From Lama guanicoe (lineage: Eukaryota): a stretch of DNA of 64,000 nucleotides. Where the stretch lies: contig MU054187.1 of NCBI GenBank assembly GCA_013239625.1, positions 11,793,893 through 11,857,892 of the forward strand, given 5' to 3'. Within the stretch, counting starts at the first letter, position 1, and every line of letters begins with the position of its first letter. The position numbers and the translations under genes were made by a program. Shown one piece after another: positions 53,239 to 64,000 of this stretch. The notes beneath the pieces were generated by a model. It was not told the DNA's origin. It worked only from the letters and a program-made list of their open reading frames with translations, and searched no databases.

Positions 53239-54169
53239 TGCAAAAAAAAAAAAAAAAAAGAGAGGCTTAAACAGTTCTTTCAACCTTTTTTTTTTGTTCA
53301 TGTACCCCTTGAATGAATTTTTAAAACCATATACTTCATGACATAATTTTCATTATAAATTTAAATTGTTGCATATAAAATGGTTTCTGGTCTTCAATAT
53401 ACATGAACATTTTAAACCAAGCTGTACCTATGTCATTTAAATATGTTGCATGGGAAATAAATCCCAAGAGTTTCCACAATTTCCTCACCTTATTCTGCTG
53501 AGTTCAGTAAAGCACCAAGCACTGACAATTTCATCTTCTAAGTGTACCTCATACCAGTCCCCTCTGCTCCACCCTTAAGAATCTAGTTCCACCTTTATCA
53601 TGCCTGGTGTGCACTGTTTTCATTGCCTTCTAACCATCTCTGTGCCCTCAGTCTGACCTGCCTCCAGTCTGCTCTGACTGGGTGATGCCATGCTTAGAAT
53701 CCTTCGAGGCTGAGCCTTATTCCTGTCATAATTCCATTCTCCTTACCATGCAGGACAAACCATCTGACTCATCTCACCTCACCTCCAGCCCCCTCCTGCT
53801 TCAGTCCACTGCGGTAATGCTGACGTTCTTTATTGTTACTCCCCTCTCTTACCTTATTCCTTAACCAGGATTAAAGCCGAAATGGGGTTTACCTTCTACA
53901 TCATAGGCTAACAAAGAGCTTGCGTTGTAGAAGAGTCTCATGGGGTGTCTTTTTGTGTGTGTGTTTGAATTAAAACATTCAGTTTTCAGATGTCTTACTC
54001 ATTACTCAAAAGTAAATAATTTCTAAATAAGTAAGCTTTCCTTTGGCTTTAAAACAGAAGACACCTCTCTGCTATCAAGGTGGCCCTTTACACCTCATTC
54101 CCAACTGCGACTATTCTGAACTTAGGGAAGGAATTATTGCAGCATATGATGTCTGGTTTTGTTTTCCAG

Positions 54170-54253
54170 GACTTTGTTGGCACTAGGATGTCGTGTGGGT
54201 ATATCGAATGAACATGCTGAAGAAAAGGTGAAAAACATGAAGCTGCGCAAGAA
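54170..54253 (+). pseudogene. RYR2: Diverged RYR2 exon (matches human exon 25, RyR repeat 1-2 region), 84 nt, phase 2/2
   Basis: Not in the ORF track. g|ACT TTG TTG GCA CTA GGA TGT CGT... gives TLLALGCRVGISNEHAEEKVKNMKLRK versus recalled human [27 protein letters not shown]. Acceptor ttttgttttccag| and donor GAA|gtaagt intact. Confidence 0.88.
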
Positions 54254-55899
54254 GTAAGTTGAATGTCTGAGCAACACTAAGTAGCCTATGCATTCCTTTA
54301 CTGTAACTGGACTCTTGTAGCTAAACTGCTTAACTCTTGACGGACACGTATATCCTATGCATATGCTATAAAATTCAGATCCAGAATTTAAACTTGCTAT
54401 ATCACACTCGAGGCTGCATCAAGTCTATGGTGACTGTATGGAGTCTCTATCACAGTGCCCAGAGGGGAAACAAAACTCACAAAATATTTGGCAGTGTGAT
54501 AGAAAAAGTATGTTCTCTTCCGTGTGCTTGTGTGTGTGAACACATGTGCCCGCATCCTAACTGACTGCATGTGGTTTCTCACTTTCCACCAAAAAAAATA
54601 TATGCTTTTGTTTGCTTTTACAAAGCAAATCTGTTTTAGGAGTAGCTGTGAGGTCGGTATCACACTCCCATTTTAAGACGAGAACCTGAGGCAGTGAATG
54701 CTCTAGGGGTGATTTTGCCAGTGGTGCTACAACCTGTTTGACGTCTCAAAACCTCAGCCTTCGCATCTGCAGGCAGGTGTTGATAATACCTGCTTCATAG
54801 GGGTGGGAAGTTCTAGGGATTAGTGAGTAAGTGCTCAGTGAGTGACAGCCGTTTCATTTTACTACTTTTTCTTTATTTTAAGTATTCAAGCCACTTTTCT
54901 AAGGCCTGTACGTTGTAAACAGCAGGCCTAGAAGTGTGTTAAGTAATATGGAGAAAAAAACAAAGCAGCCCCTCCATGATTTCCATCAGTCACAGCAGGC
55001 CTCAAGTTACCCCAGATAAACGTAAAATTCGAATAGAAATAGTGTGTGTGCTATGCAAATGCAAATCCTGGCAAGTCCTCTAGTCCAACAAGCATTTTTA
55101 CCCAGGTCCTCCATTTAAAACCTGTAGATAAAACTGGATTATTACCTTGCACATTTTTAGGTTCTAAAATTTTTCTTTAAAACTTTAAACAGTTCCAAAG
55201 GATGCTATTTAATGACGTATTTCATACATTTACTCCTTGAAATGATACTTTTATGTCACTTTTAAGTGTATCTGATAGAAGCAGATTCACAGTGATTAGA
55301 TATGTATCATTATTTATTTAAAACCTAGACGGGAGTGTTAATGGTCACAGGGAATCTGACATCGTCTTGTCTTTCTCTTTGAATTGCATTTCCAATCTGT
55401 TTACCCCACGGAATATTACTCTATTCAGATATGTTTTGATTGATCACCCCATCATACTTATTTATAACCAAATGTGTATCTGAGTTGAATTAAAAATTTT
55501 TTTTTGTTTTCTATGATCATAGTCACTAAATGATAAAAGTTTTCTTCTGTGTTATCATTATAATTCAACCACATCCTTGTTAGTTTTTTTAAAGCGAAAA
55601 AGGTAAGAAACTATCTTTTGCAAAAGAATTTATTATCCTCTCCTTACAGTGACTCATTCTGAGTGTTTTAGAAAGTGTATCACACAGGCATCGTTAAGAC
55701 TAACTAAAGAACTTGTAATTTTATCTGTCATTCTTTCACTGAGAGATTCCTTATGTAACCTGATGTACACAAGGCTAAGAAAATGGAAATGTTAATTTCA
55801 GATTATCTTTGCCACCCTAGTACATTTAATGAGTTTTTTTTTTTTTGTCATGTACTATGTAAGTGTGTGTGTATGTGTGTGTGTCTCGTTAAAACCTTG

Positions 55900-56330
55900 G
55901 GGAAAGTAGTCAGTCTGAAAAGGCTGCATGCTGAATGATTCCAACCATAGGACATTGCTGGAAAAGCAACACTGTGGAGATAGTAAAAAAGGTCAGTGGC
56001 TGCCAGAGGTTAGGGGGATGGAGAGATGAGCAGGTGGAGAACAGGATTTTTAGGGCAGTGAAAATACTCCATATGACACTATAATTGTAGATGCCTGTCG
56101 TTACACATGTGTCCAGACCCACAGAACAGACGACACTAAGCGTGAACTCTCATGTAAACTGTGGGCTCTGGGTGATAGTGTGTCAGTGTTTGTCAGGGTC
56201 TGTCACTTGTGACAAGGGCATCGCTGTGCTGAGGAATGTTGGAAATAGGAGAGGCTGTGGGAGGGGGCGCAGTGGGTGTAAGATACATCTCAGTTTTGCT
56301 GTGAACTTAAAAGTTCTCTAGAAAGTAAGG
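55900..56330 (+). mobile_element. L1MC-like 3' end
   Basis: cagtctgaaaaggctgcatgctgaatgattccaac...ggatttttagggcagtgaaaatactc...gtgaactctcatgtaaactgtgggctctgggtgata...ttttgctgtgaacttaaaa. Confidence 0.75.
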
Positions 56331-57504
56331 TCTTTGCAGTAAGTTAGTCTCATTGAAGAATTAAGGTCCTCTGTCTTCAATATATTTTTACTGATGCTTT
56401 TTCTTTGTGTTGCTTTCAGTAGCTATACACTATTGAAAATAGGCGTGGAAGTGGAAAAGATGGGGTCACTTCAGCACTTACACCTGCTGACAGTCTGTAC
56501 TGCATCTAAATTTGCCGGGAGATGCCATCTGTCCTTACACTATTGGCAAAAATTAAGGAATTTGATAATGACAGGTATTGACATGGGTGCAGATCAGCAC
56601 AGACCTAAAAGGTTGGAGTCTTTTCTCCAACCGTTATAAAGCAATTTGGCATCATTGTGTAAAAGGAAAAATTTGCACACCTTGTTACACCCAGCAGTTT
56701 CACTCCTAGAGAGATGCCATAGAGAAAATCCACTCCAGCACGCAGGAACGCTCTTGTTCGTAGCAATATGATTTGTAACAGCATAAAAATGCAGGAGTGA
56801 GAGGAATATTATTCAGTGGGAAGATGATTAAGTTGGATATAGTCATATAATAAAATGAATGAATTATGATTGTAAGTGGTAATATAGATGAACTTAAGAA
56901 ACAATATTGAGAATGGGTAAAAACTATACCCCACAAGGTTATACAAAGTTTAGAACTATTTTTTGAGGCTCAAAAACATAAGTATAAAAATATATGTATT
57001 TTTTAGAGATACATGCTCCTGTGATAAGACTAATTTTTTAAAGGAGTGGAATCATAATTCTAGATAGTAACCCTCCTTGGGTTGGAGTGTAGACAGGGCT
57101 GTGAAATGGGGAGATGCACACAGATATGTACAGTGGTATTAGTCATGTTCTGATTCTTAACGTGGTGGATTAGTGGAGTTTATTTCATTACAGTGCTTTA
57201 AAGCATATTCTTTTATATGTATCAATAATAATTATTTTAAAAAATAAAAAATATAACAGGTATTAATCTCAACAAATGTAATTGAATTAAATTCTCCATA
57301 AGATGCGGTGATTGTCAGATTAGATTTAAAAAGATGGAACTCATGTTGTATTCACCTCACAAAAATAAAACCCAGGTGTAGGAGACATATCGAGAAATTT
57401 AGAACATGAAAAGCTGGAAAAAATAACATGACGTACCAAGCAGTATTACTCAAAAGGGAGTGCAGTGTCCTTTTTGTCAGTTGTCTCATATAAGACAAAA
57501 TAGC

Positions 57505-57716
57505 TATCCAGGGCCAGTGTTCTGTTCTCTCCCAGCTGGGGGCCCCTCTGAGTGCGCTGTTGGGGTGGCAGCAGTGGCTGAGGGCTGGGCAGCCGGCAGC
57601 CCTTTTGTCTCTATCCTGATTCCCACAGGGCTCCCTGTCGGGGCGGGGTGGCTGTAGTGGCTTGATGGCCGCAGCATCCTTTGTTTGCTGAAGGGCAGGC
57701 AGCATTTTTCAGTCAC
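57505..57716 (-). mobile_element. MER41-like LTR fragment within an old L1 remnant (~56500-57930)
   Basis: Homologous to 63690-63903 (ggccagtg...gggctc..tgt.ggggcgg..g.tg.agtggc.tgatg...ctttgttt.ctga...caca). Confidence 0.65.
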
Positions 57717-58289
57717 AGCATAGATGCAGAAGTACTAAGTAAAAATTGCCGAACCTAACTGAACGGTTTATTAAAAAGTACATTACAGCCAAGCTAAGTT
57801 AGTTCCAGTAATAAAAGGATGGGTTAATATTAGAAAATATATTTATTAAATTCACACCCAATAAAGTAAAGGAGAAAATTCATACAATCATCCCAATACG
57901 TTTAGAAGTAAATATTTCATAAATTGTTTTACTTACATTAAGTGAAACTCTTGCCCTACTGCAGAGTTTGAAGAGTGGAGTCCAGTTACTATAAGAATGA
58001 AGAAAAATGCAACTGGAAAAAAATCTGTTCCCAGAGCTTTGTGGTTCCTGGTATTTAATATCCCTGAGTAACTGAGATTTTTTAAAAAGGTTTAAATGAG
58101 AGTAAAATTCTCGACTGCATACCAGTGCCGTTTATTCAGACTTTTCTTTCACACTTAACGTGTTTTCAACACAGAACGTAGTAGGTCAGAAGCTGGTTGC
58201 TTGTGTGTTATCACCGAGAAAGAAGAGGTAATATGAGCTGTGAAAAACAGTCAGTCATCTAGAATCATCTGAGAGGTTTTTTTTTTTTT

Positions 58290-58435
58290 TTAAAGAAATC
58301 TCATTTATTTATCTATTTTTGGGGGGGGTGTAGGTAATTAGGTTTATTTATTTACTTATTTATTTTTAATGGAGGTACTCGGGATTGAACCCAGGACCTT
58401 GTGCATGCTAATAAGCATGTGCTCTGCTATTCCCC
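58290..58435 (-). mobile_element. vic-1-type SINE
   Basis: gggggggtgtaggtaattaggtttattt...tttttaatggaggtactcgggattgaacccaggaccttgtgcatgcta: reverse complement of the 39116 family. Confidence 0.8.
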
Positions 58436-58599
58436 TCTGCTGTCTGAAAGGTTTTTGAAACTAGTGCTGACGTCCCTCCCTCCTGCACCACTTTCTTACC
58501 TCTGACGCGTGAAGCCACAGTAGATGGGTCATGAGGGGGAAGTGGTATCTCTCAGGTGTATTGGGGCAGATAAGAGGCTAAGGGTGGTGTTTTCAATGC

Positions 58600-58632
<33 letters not shown>

Positions 58633-59460
58633 CGTTTAAGGTGACTTTCTGAAGTGAATGCCTAGAAGGAAGCTGAATGTGCAGACCTATGGTTATACGG
58701 TTCACATGGACACAACCACATGCACAAAATTCAGCTTATGTAAATATTTGCCTAAATGAAAAATTGTTACAAATGCAGCTGGATTTTCTCTGTCACGATG
58801 AGGTGCTGTGATTGTGAAGAAAAAAAAATTGTATACTCTTTTTATGTGTAGAGAGTAAATTTCACAGTCCACAAAATTTAAGATGATATGTAATGTTCTT
58901 TATTTTATCTCATTGGGCTTAATTTTGTCTTTAAACCTAATGGGCCTTGCAGGCAGAATGCAGCTTGATAGTGGAAACCCAGTCTCAGTCTGTTCAGTGC
59001 AAACCAATTAAAATCACTGTTTTGTGTGTCTGTTCTCACCTGTGGGTTGTGGCTCAGATGTCTTCTCAAAGCATCTTTCTCTGCCTCTTTCACATCGCAC
59101 CCTATTTTACACATTCTACCTCTCATGCCCTCTTTTCTGCTCGATTTTTCCTCACAGCACTTACATCTTCTCATATGCCATTATTTTATGTTTATTTTGT
59201 TTGTTACCTGATTCCTCATCTAAACATAAATTCTACAAAGGCACAGATTATTTGTCCATGTTGATCAGTGATCTGTCATTAGTTCCTAGAACAGGGCCTG
59301 AAACATTAAACCACAGGATGAACATTTGTTGTTAGTTTGAATTCAGGGTTTACAGCCTTGTTGCTCTTGGGCCTGTGTGCGTTTGGGGCACTTGCCTGGT
59401 GCAGAGGAGCCACTGGCCCTTGGGTATCCCCATTTGAGTTTGCTCTCAGGGACTGAATTA

Positions 59461-59859
59461 TGTTAGAGGAGACCAGAGCCAGACAGAAGTCAGAGCCATA
59501 GAGGCAGATTTTATTCAGGAACTGCTGCAGTAGGGGAGGAGAGCCCCTCGGTATTCTGAATACAGCAAGGCCAAGTGGGGGTTTGTAGCCAAGGATCAGG
59601 AGGGGTCAGTGGATGGAAACTTACTAAGACATCAAGGAAGAGGGGCATTCTGGTAAAACCAACTTGATGGGGTCCTTGCTGAAGGCAGACCACAGTGATA
59701 CAACATCGGGGGTGGGGGGTTTTTGCTAAACTGATCCAACAGGATTCACACTCAAATTGGACTAAATGGACGAAGGACGGAGCCCAAGGTCAGAGGCCGA
59801 GTCGGAAAGAGAACTCAGAGGAGCCTGACTCGAGTTTGGTCCGATGAGCATCTTTGTTA
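59461..59859 (-). mobile_element. MER31-like ERV1 solo LTR
   Basis: cagattttattcaggaact...ggtcagtggatggaaacttactaag...ctcagaggagcctgactcgagtttggtc...tctttgtta matches recalled MER31. Confidence 0.7.
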
Positions 59860-62766
59860 GCTGTCTTCTTCATCCCTGCTGGCACCTTGTGGGAGGCCTG
59901 TTTCCCTTCCCATCTTTGGCTCACATGCCAGTTTCTCCTCCCCATCTCTTTGAGTCCCCCAGGACCCTGCTTTTCTGCCAGCTTCATTCATGCCTCTTGA
60001 GGAGGGTGGAAGCTCAGGCCTGCCCTCTCTGGAGACTTGGGGCTTGCAGTCTCCTGGTGCAGGGGGAGGAAAGGTTGTCTGTCATCCTGGATATGGTTTG
60101 CTGTCGTATCTGTTCTCCTGAAGTTGTGCTGCACAAGGGCTTGGGGGTGGGGGTGACGGGTTCTGGGACCTGGCCATGTTCCTGGGTACAATCTGGTAAG
60201 CAGGTCAGAAGTTCCCCTCCGCCGTGGGATCTGTCCGGTCTCCAGGGGGCCGGGATGGAGAGCACTGGCTTTCCTCTTAAGTCTCCTCTCCTCTGGGCTC
60301 TGGAACCTCAGTCTGTCTGGCCCTGGAGAGACTGGTCTTCCTTTGTGCCTCAGCACTTCAGGGCCTTGCTCTTTTGGTATCAGAAGTAGGGCTTTACTAT
60401 CAGAAGGTCTTTTTCTAAACACTTGTCTCAGCTGGTCTAGCTTACGGGTCAGAAGCATCCGGCTACATTGTGCCTGGGGGGGACAATAAATGTTTCTTGT
60501 TTAAGCTGCTGAAGTATAAAAATAAAGACTGTAGTCTCTGTAGTGCATTTTCAAAGCCTATTTTGAAAATGCAAAAGTCAAGAATAGCTTTTTTTTTTTA
60601 ATCTCTCTCTTGACATGACCCTTTCTAACGGCAGTGGCTACCTCATGGTTTTGTTTCAGAGGGGCTGTGGGGCACAGGAAGGCCTTGGAGTAAAAAGAAA
60701 TTGGGTGCAGGGGGAGGCACAGGGCACATCCTCATGTTACACGTTTATTCAAAACCAGCCCAGAGAAGGGAATTAGCAGAACTGTACATACCCTGTCCTT
60801 TCCCTCCACCTTCTACACTGAACTGTGCTTGTCTTGTGGAGGAGGGTTTTTGAATGTTCTCTATCTGCTTTCTAGGAGAATGTCAGCCTAGTATTCATTT
60901 TTAGTAGATGTGCTTCCAGCAAAACTTGTTCTTTATATCTCTGATGTGCAGTCATCTGAGATTTTCCCATTTGTTCCAAGGTACTTGATGGGCTGATTTG
61001 GTTTTGAAATTTACAACTAACATGTGCTGAACTCGGACATCATCTCTTCATGTTTACTGTGCATCTTTCATGACATGATGACTCCAGGCTTCATTTAACC
61101 TGAATCAGACTAGACTTAACAAGCGAGCTCGAGAGGTGGGAGAGGCTGGGAAAGAAAGGAAAGACTTGCTTCCTAGTGTTTTTGGTATGCTGCCATGTTT
61201 TTGTTGCATCACTTTAATTGGCCCTTTTGTGACTTTATATTGAACATTTTTTTTGAAAGTCTCTTTTAGAATTCCTGCTTAGGAAAAATGGGGGTCAGGT
61301 GGGAATGAAACACAAAACTGAATTGCTACTTAACATGGCAGTTCATCAGTGGGGCCAAATATTATCAATTTTTTGTTCACATCTTTGGTAATTTGATGCA
61401 AATGGAACTGGCAGTTTGCCAGGTTTTTTCCCCAGGCAGAGAAGTGTTTTTAAAATTCTTTTGCTGTAAGCCCATTCAGTTTATGTAATTTATTAATCTC
61501 CCTCTTTTTTCAAAAACAATTTATATACTACATCAAAATAAAACTAGGAGCTAATAACTACAAAAGAATTTGATACTTTGGAAATGAATGTATTGAATAT
61601 ATGTTTAGTTCCATATATACTTCTTATGAGCTAAATTTGCAAGATGGTTGATGGCACCGCCACTTTGCATATTAAAGTAATGGAAATAAAACTATACCTA
61701 CTAGAGAAATAGGCTGGAGGAGAAAGAGGTCTGTTGACTGATTGGCAGTTTTCCCAGGAAGCATGGGAGAATGTAGCACACAGATGTCTTTAATATGAGC
61801 ATATTTTGTATTAATAGAATTACTAGTGATATGACTTTTCCCTATTGTTTGGGCTGCGAAATTCTGTTTCCCAAGAATTGTAGCAGTCTTTCCTTTATTT
61901 CTTTTAAATTTCTGAAAGTCAGTCTAAAACTTTACTTGTAACCCGTTAGCTTCCAAGATTCATGTCAATTACATTTAATTTAAAAGCTTCATTCTTTGTT
62001 GTCTTTCAATCACTCAAAAGAAAGTATATTAGTAGTTGGTTGATCTTTCTGTGCCTAAATTGTATTAATAAGATGAAATGGATAGTATTTGCTAAAGTAC
62101 ATTTATGCGCTTTTAAAAAATATCTCATTTTGCCATAATGATTTGATTCTTACTTTGTCATGTCTCACAGGCAGTAAGATGGTTTTATAAGTCATTGTTG
62201 ATCCTCTTAGTTATAGCATTCATGATGTTATCATTTTTATCAAACTACTGAAGTTGAAGACTATTCATTTCAAGGATATCTATTTTTACTGTGAAGATGA
62301 TTTGAACTACAACAGTGTGGAAATAAGGGTCAGGTGAAATGGGAGTTAATAACTTTGGATGAGATTATTAGCCATTTGAAAGAACCACTTTAAACTTTAA
62401 ATTCTTTCTTGCACAGGCTTATGAAGAAACATAAGTAGAATAAATTGTAGTCTACATCTGAAAATGAACATGAACTAATTATTGTGCTGTTTCAAATCAG
62501 CAGGTGTAAATGCATCTCTGTAGGTTTTCATTGTGACCACAAATTAAAGTGACTCCAGTAGGTATTCTATATAAGAAGAGGAAAATTTACAAAATAAAGA
62601 GAAATGCTTATGCCAACATTATATAGTATATACATGTCCTGTATGTGCATACTGTAGACATGTAGTGGAATGTGAGGTTGTACTGTAGGTTAGTAGAACT
62701 TATCCATAATTTTCTTAGAAAGTATCCTTCAGAAAGTCCTCCCCACTCCAAAGTAGACATTGCTGG

Positions 62767-63903
62767 TGTCAACTGAAGTAAAATGCACCACCTGTATGTT
62801 GAGAGTATGTTTTTATTCAGTGGACTTTCTGAGGACACGATCCCCGGAGGCAGCCTCTCAGATCGCTCTGAGAGACTGTTCTGCTCAGGCAAGGGAGAAG
62901 CCAGGATGTATAGGAGTTTTTGCAACGAAGACTAGGTAGTTGGAACATCAGAATCTTGGGGTAGAATAGGTTCTTGCCTCACGCAGTGAAGGATTCAAGA
63001 GCAAGGCATGGTAAAGTGAAAGTCAGTTTATGTAGAGAAAGACACATTCCATGGATGGAGTGCAGTCTGTCTCTCCCAGAAGGGAAAATGGCTTAGGAGA
63101 CACACACTCCACAGGCAGAGTGTGGGCCATCGCAGAAAGGTGAGAGGGAGAGAAGCTGAGAGGTGTGGGGTGGGGTGTTTAAAGTGAAAGTAGATACACA
63201 CTCCAGAGACAAGAGTGCGGTCAACTCAGAAGGTGAGCGTGACAGAGCGAGAGCAACAGGGAGCGGGAGAGCGACCCTGAGGTGCGGGGTTGTTAGGTTC
63301 TATGGGCTCGGTAATCTCACATGCTAATGGGCAGGAGGATTATTCCAGCTACTTTGAGGAAGGGGTGAGGATTTCCAGGAAACACCCCCCCATCCACTTT
63401 GACCTTTTATGGTCAGTGGGGGAACTGACAGGGCCCCAGTGGCCATGAGGCTCAAGGTCTACTGGAGGTCAAGTCTTCTGCCATCTTGTTGTAGCCAGTT
63501 TGTCCTGTCCTTAGTTGCTGTGTCATTCCTTCAGTGGTTGTGCCCTGCCCCCTTTCCTCCCACTTCAAAAAGATTACTGTTAAAGAAAGCCAGATATTCT
63601 CAGGTTAAGGAATTTTGTGCTTTCCTACATGTAGGAAGGTGCCACGGTCTGGGTTCATGGAAATCATTCCTCTGATGTGCACCTAGCTTTATGGGACCAG
63701 TGTCCTGTTCTTCCACATCCTGAGTCCCCTCAGGGGACATTGCCGGGGGTGCTGCAGAGGCCAGGCCACCTGCTTGTGTCCATCCTGAGTTCCCTCCGCT
63801 CATTGTCAGGGGTGCTCACTGTTGGGGCGGCGGCAGTGGCTGATGACTTGGTGGTCGCAGCACCCTTTGTTTATTGATGCGGCTGCAGTACTTGTCATTC
63901 ACA
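62767..63903 (-). mobile_element. MER41-like (artiodactyl) solo LTR interrupted by a second LTR
   Basis: tgtcaactgaa...gttgagagtatgtttttattcagtgg...gaacatca | insert | aaaagattactgttaa...ttaaggaattt...tcaca; TG..CA ends and 4-bp TSD CTGG (62763-62766 and 63904-63907). Confidence 0.8.
62951..63567 (-). mobile_element. ERV1-type LTR nested in the MER41-like LTR
   Basis: ~617 bp interrupting the host at gaacatca/aaaagatt; ends in ...cccacttCA; internal repeats aaagtgaaag...acacactcca; related to the LTR at 4882. Confidence 0.7.
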
Positions 63904-64000
63904 CTGGGAAGTCCACATTAGGATCTGTTGCAGGGGGGAGGAACTTTCCTCTTATAATTTACATGAACCTCACTAAGGTATGAAAGGCTCTAATCAATTG

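Noticed and set aside
9134..54253. Directional CpG-gain bias in the gene fragments (ATG>ACG twice, H>R, P>R)
   Set aside because: Too few sites, and opposite G>A-type changes (G>S, D>N twice) also occur; needs alignment to the parent loci.

Overview
Mammalian genomic DNA, most likely camelid (vic-1-type tRNA-Ala SINEs and many 5'-truncated L1 3' ends), with N gaps at 29959-30435 and 53172-53238. I found no intact protein-coding gene. The window looks like a mosaic of pieces whose human homologues are on different chromosomes. (1) 1-8860 is AT-rich and carries a 5'-truncated OR4C6-like olfactory receptor pseudogene on the minus strand. (2) At about 8861 a CpG island starts abruptly; it is a copy of RFLNA (FAM101A, refilin A) exon 1 with both Met codons changed to ACG and compensating frameshifts, fused directly to a MER20 half-element. 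(3) About 30 kb of repeat-rich non-coding DNA follows. (4) A second, unidentified CpG-island promoter/first exon lies at about 40.8-41.6 kb with a ~20-bp minisatellite. (5) Two diverged RYR2 exons (matching human exons 13 and 25) lie only ~3.9 kb apart across a small gap. Both CpG-island exons and both RYR2 exons are on the + strand with canonical splice sites, so a chimeric duplicon-derived transcription unit is possible but unproven; misassembly is an alternative. Gene and repeat names come from recalled reference sequences, not database searches, and repeat boundaries are approximate.
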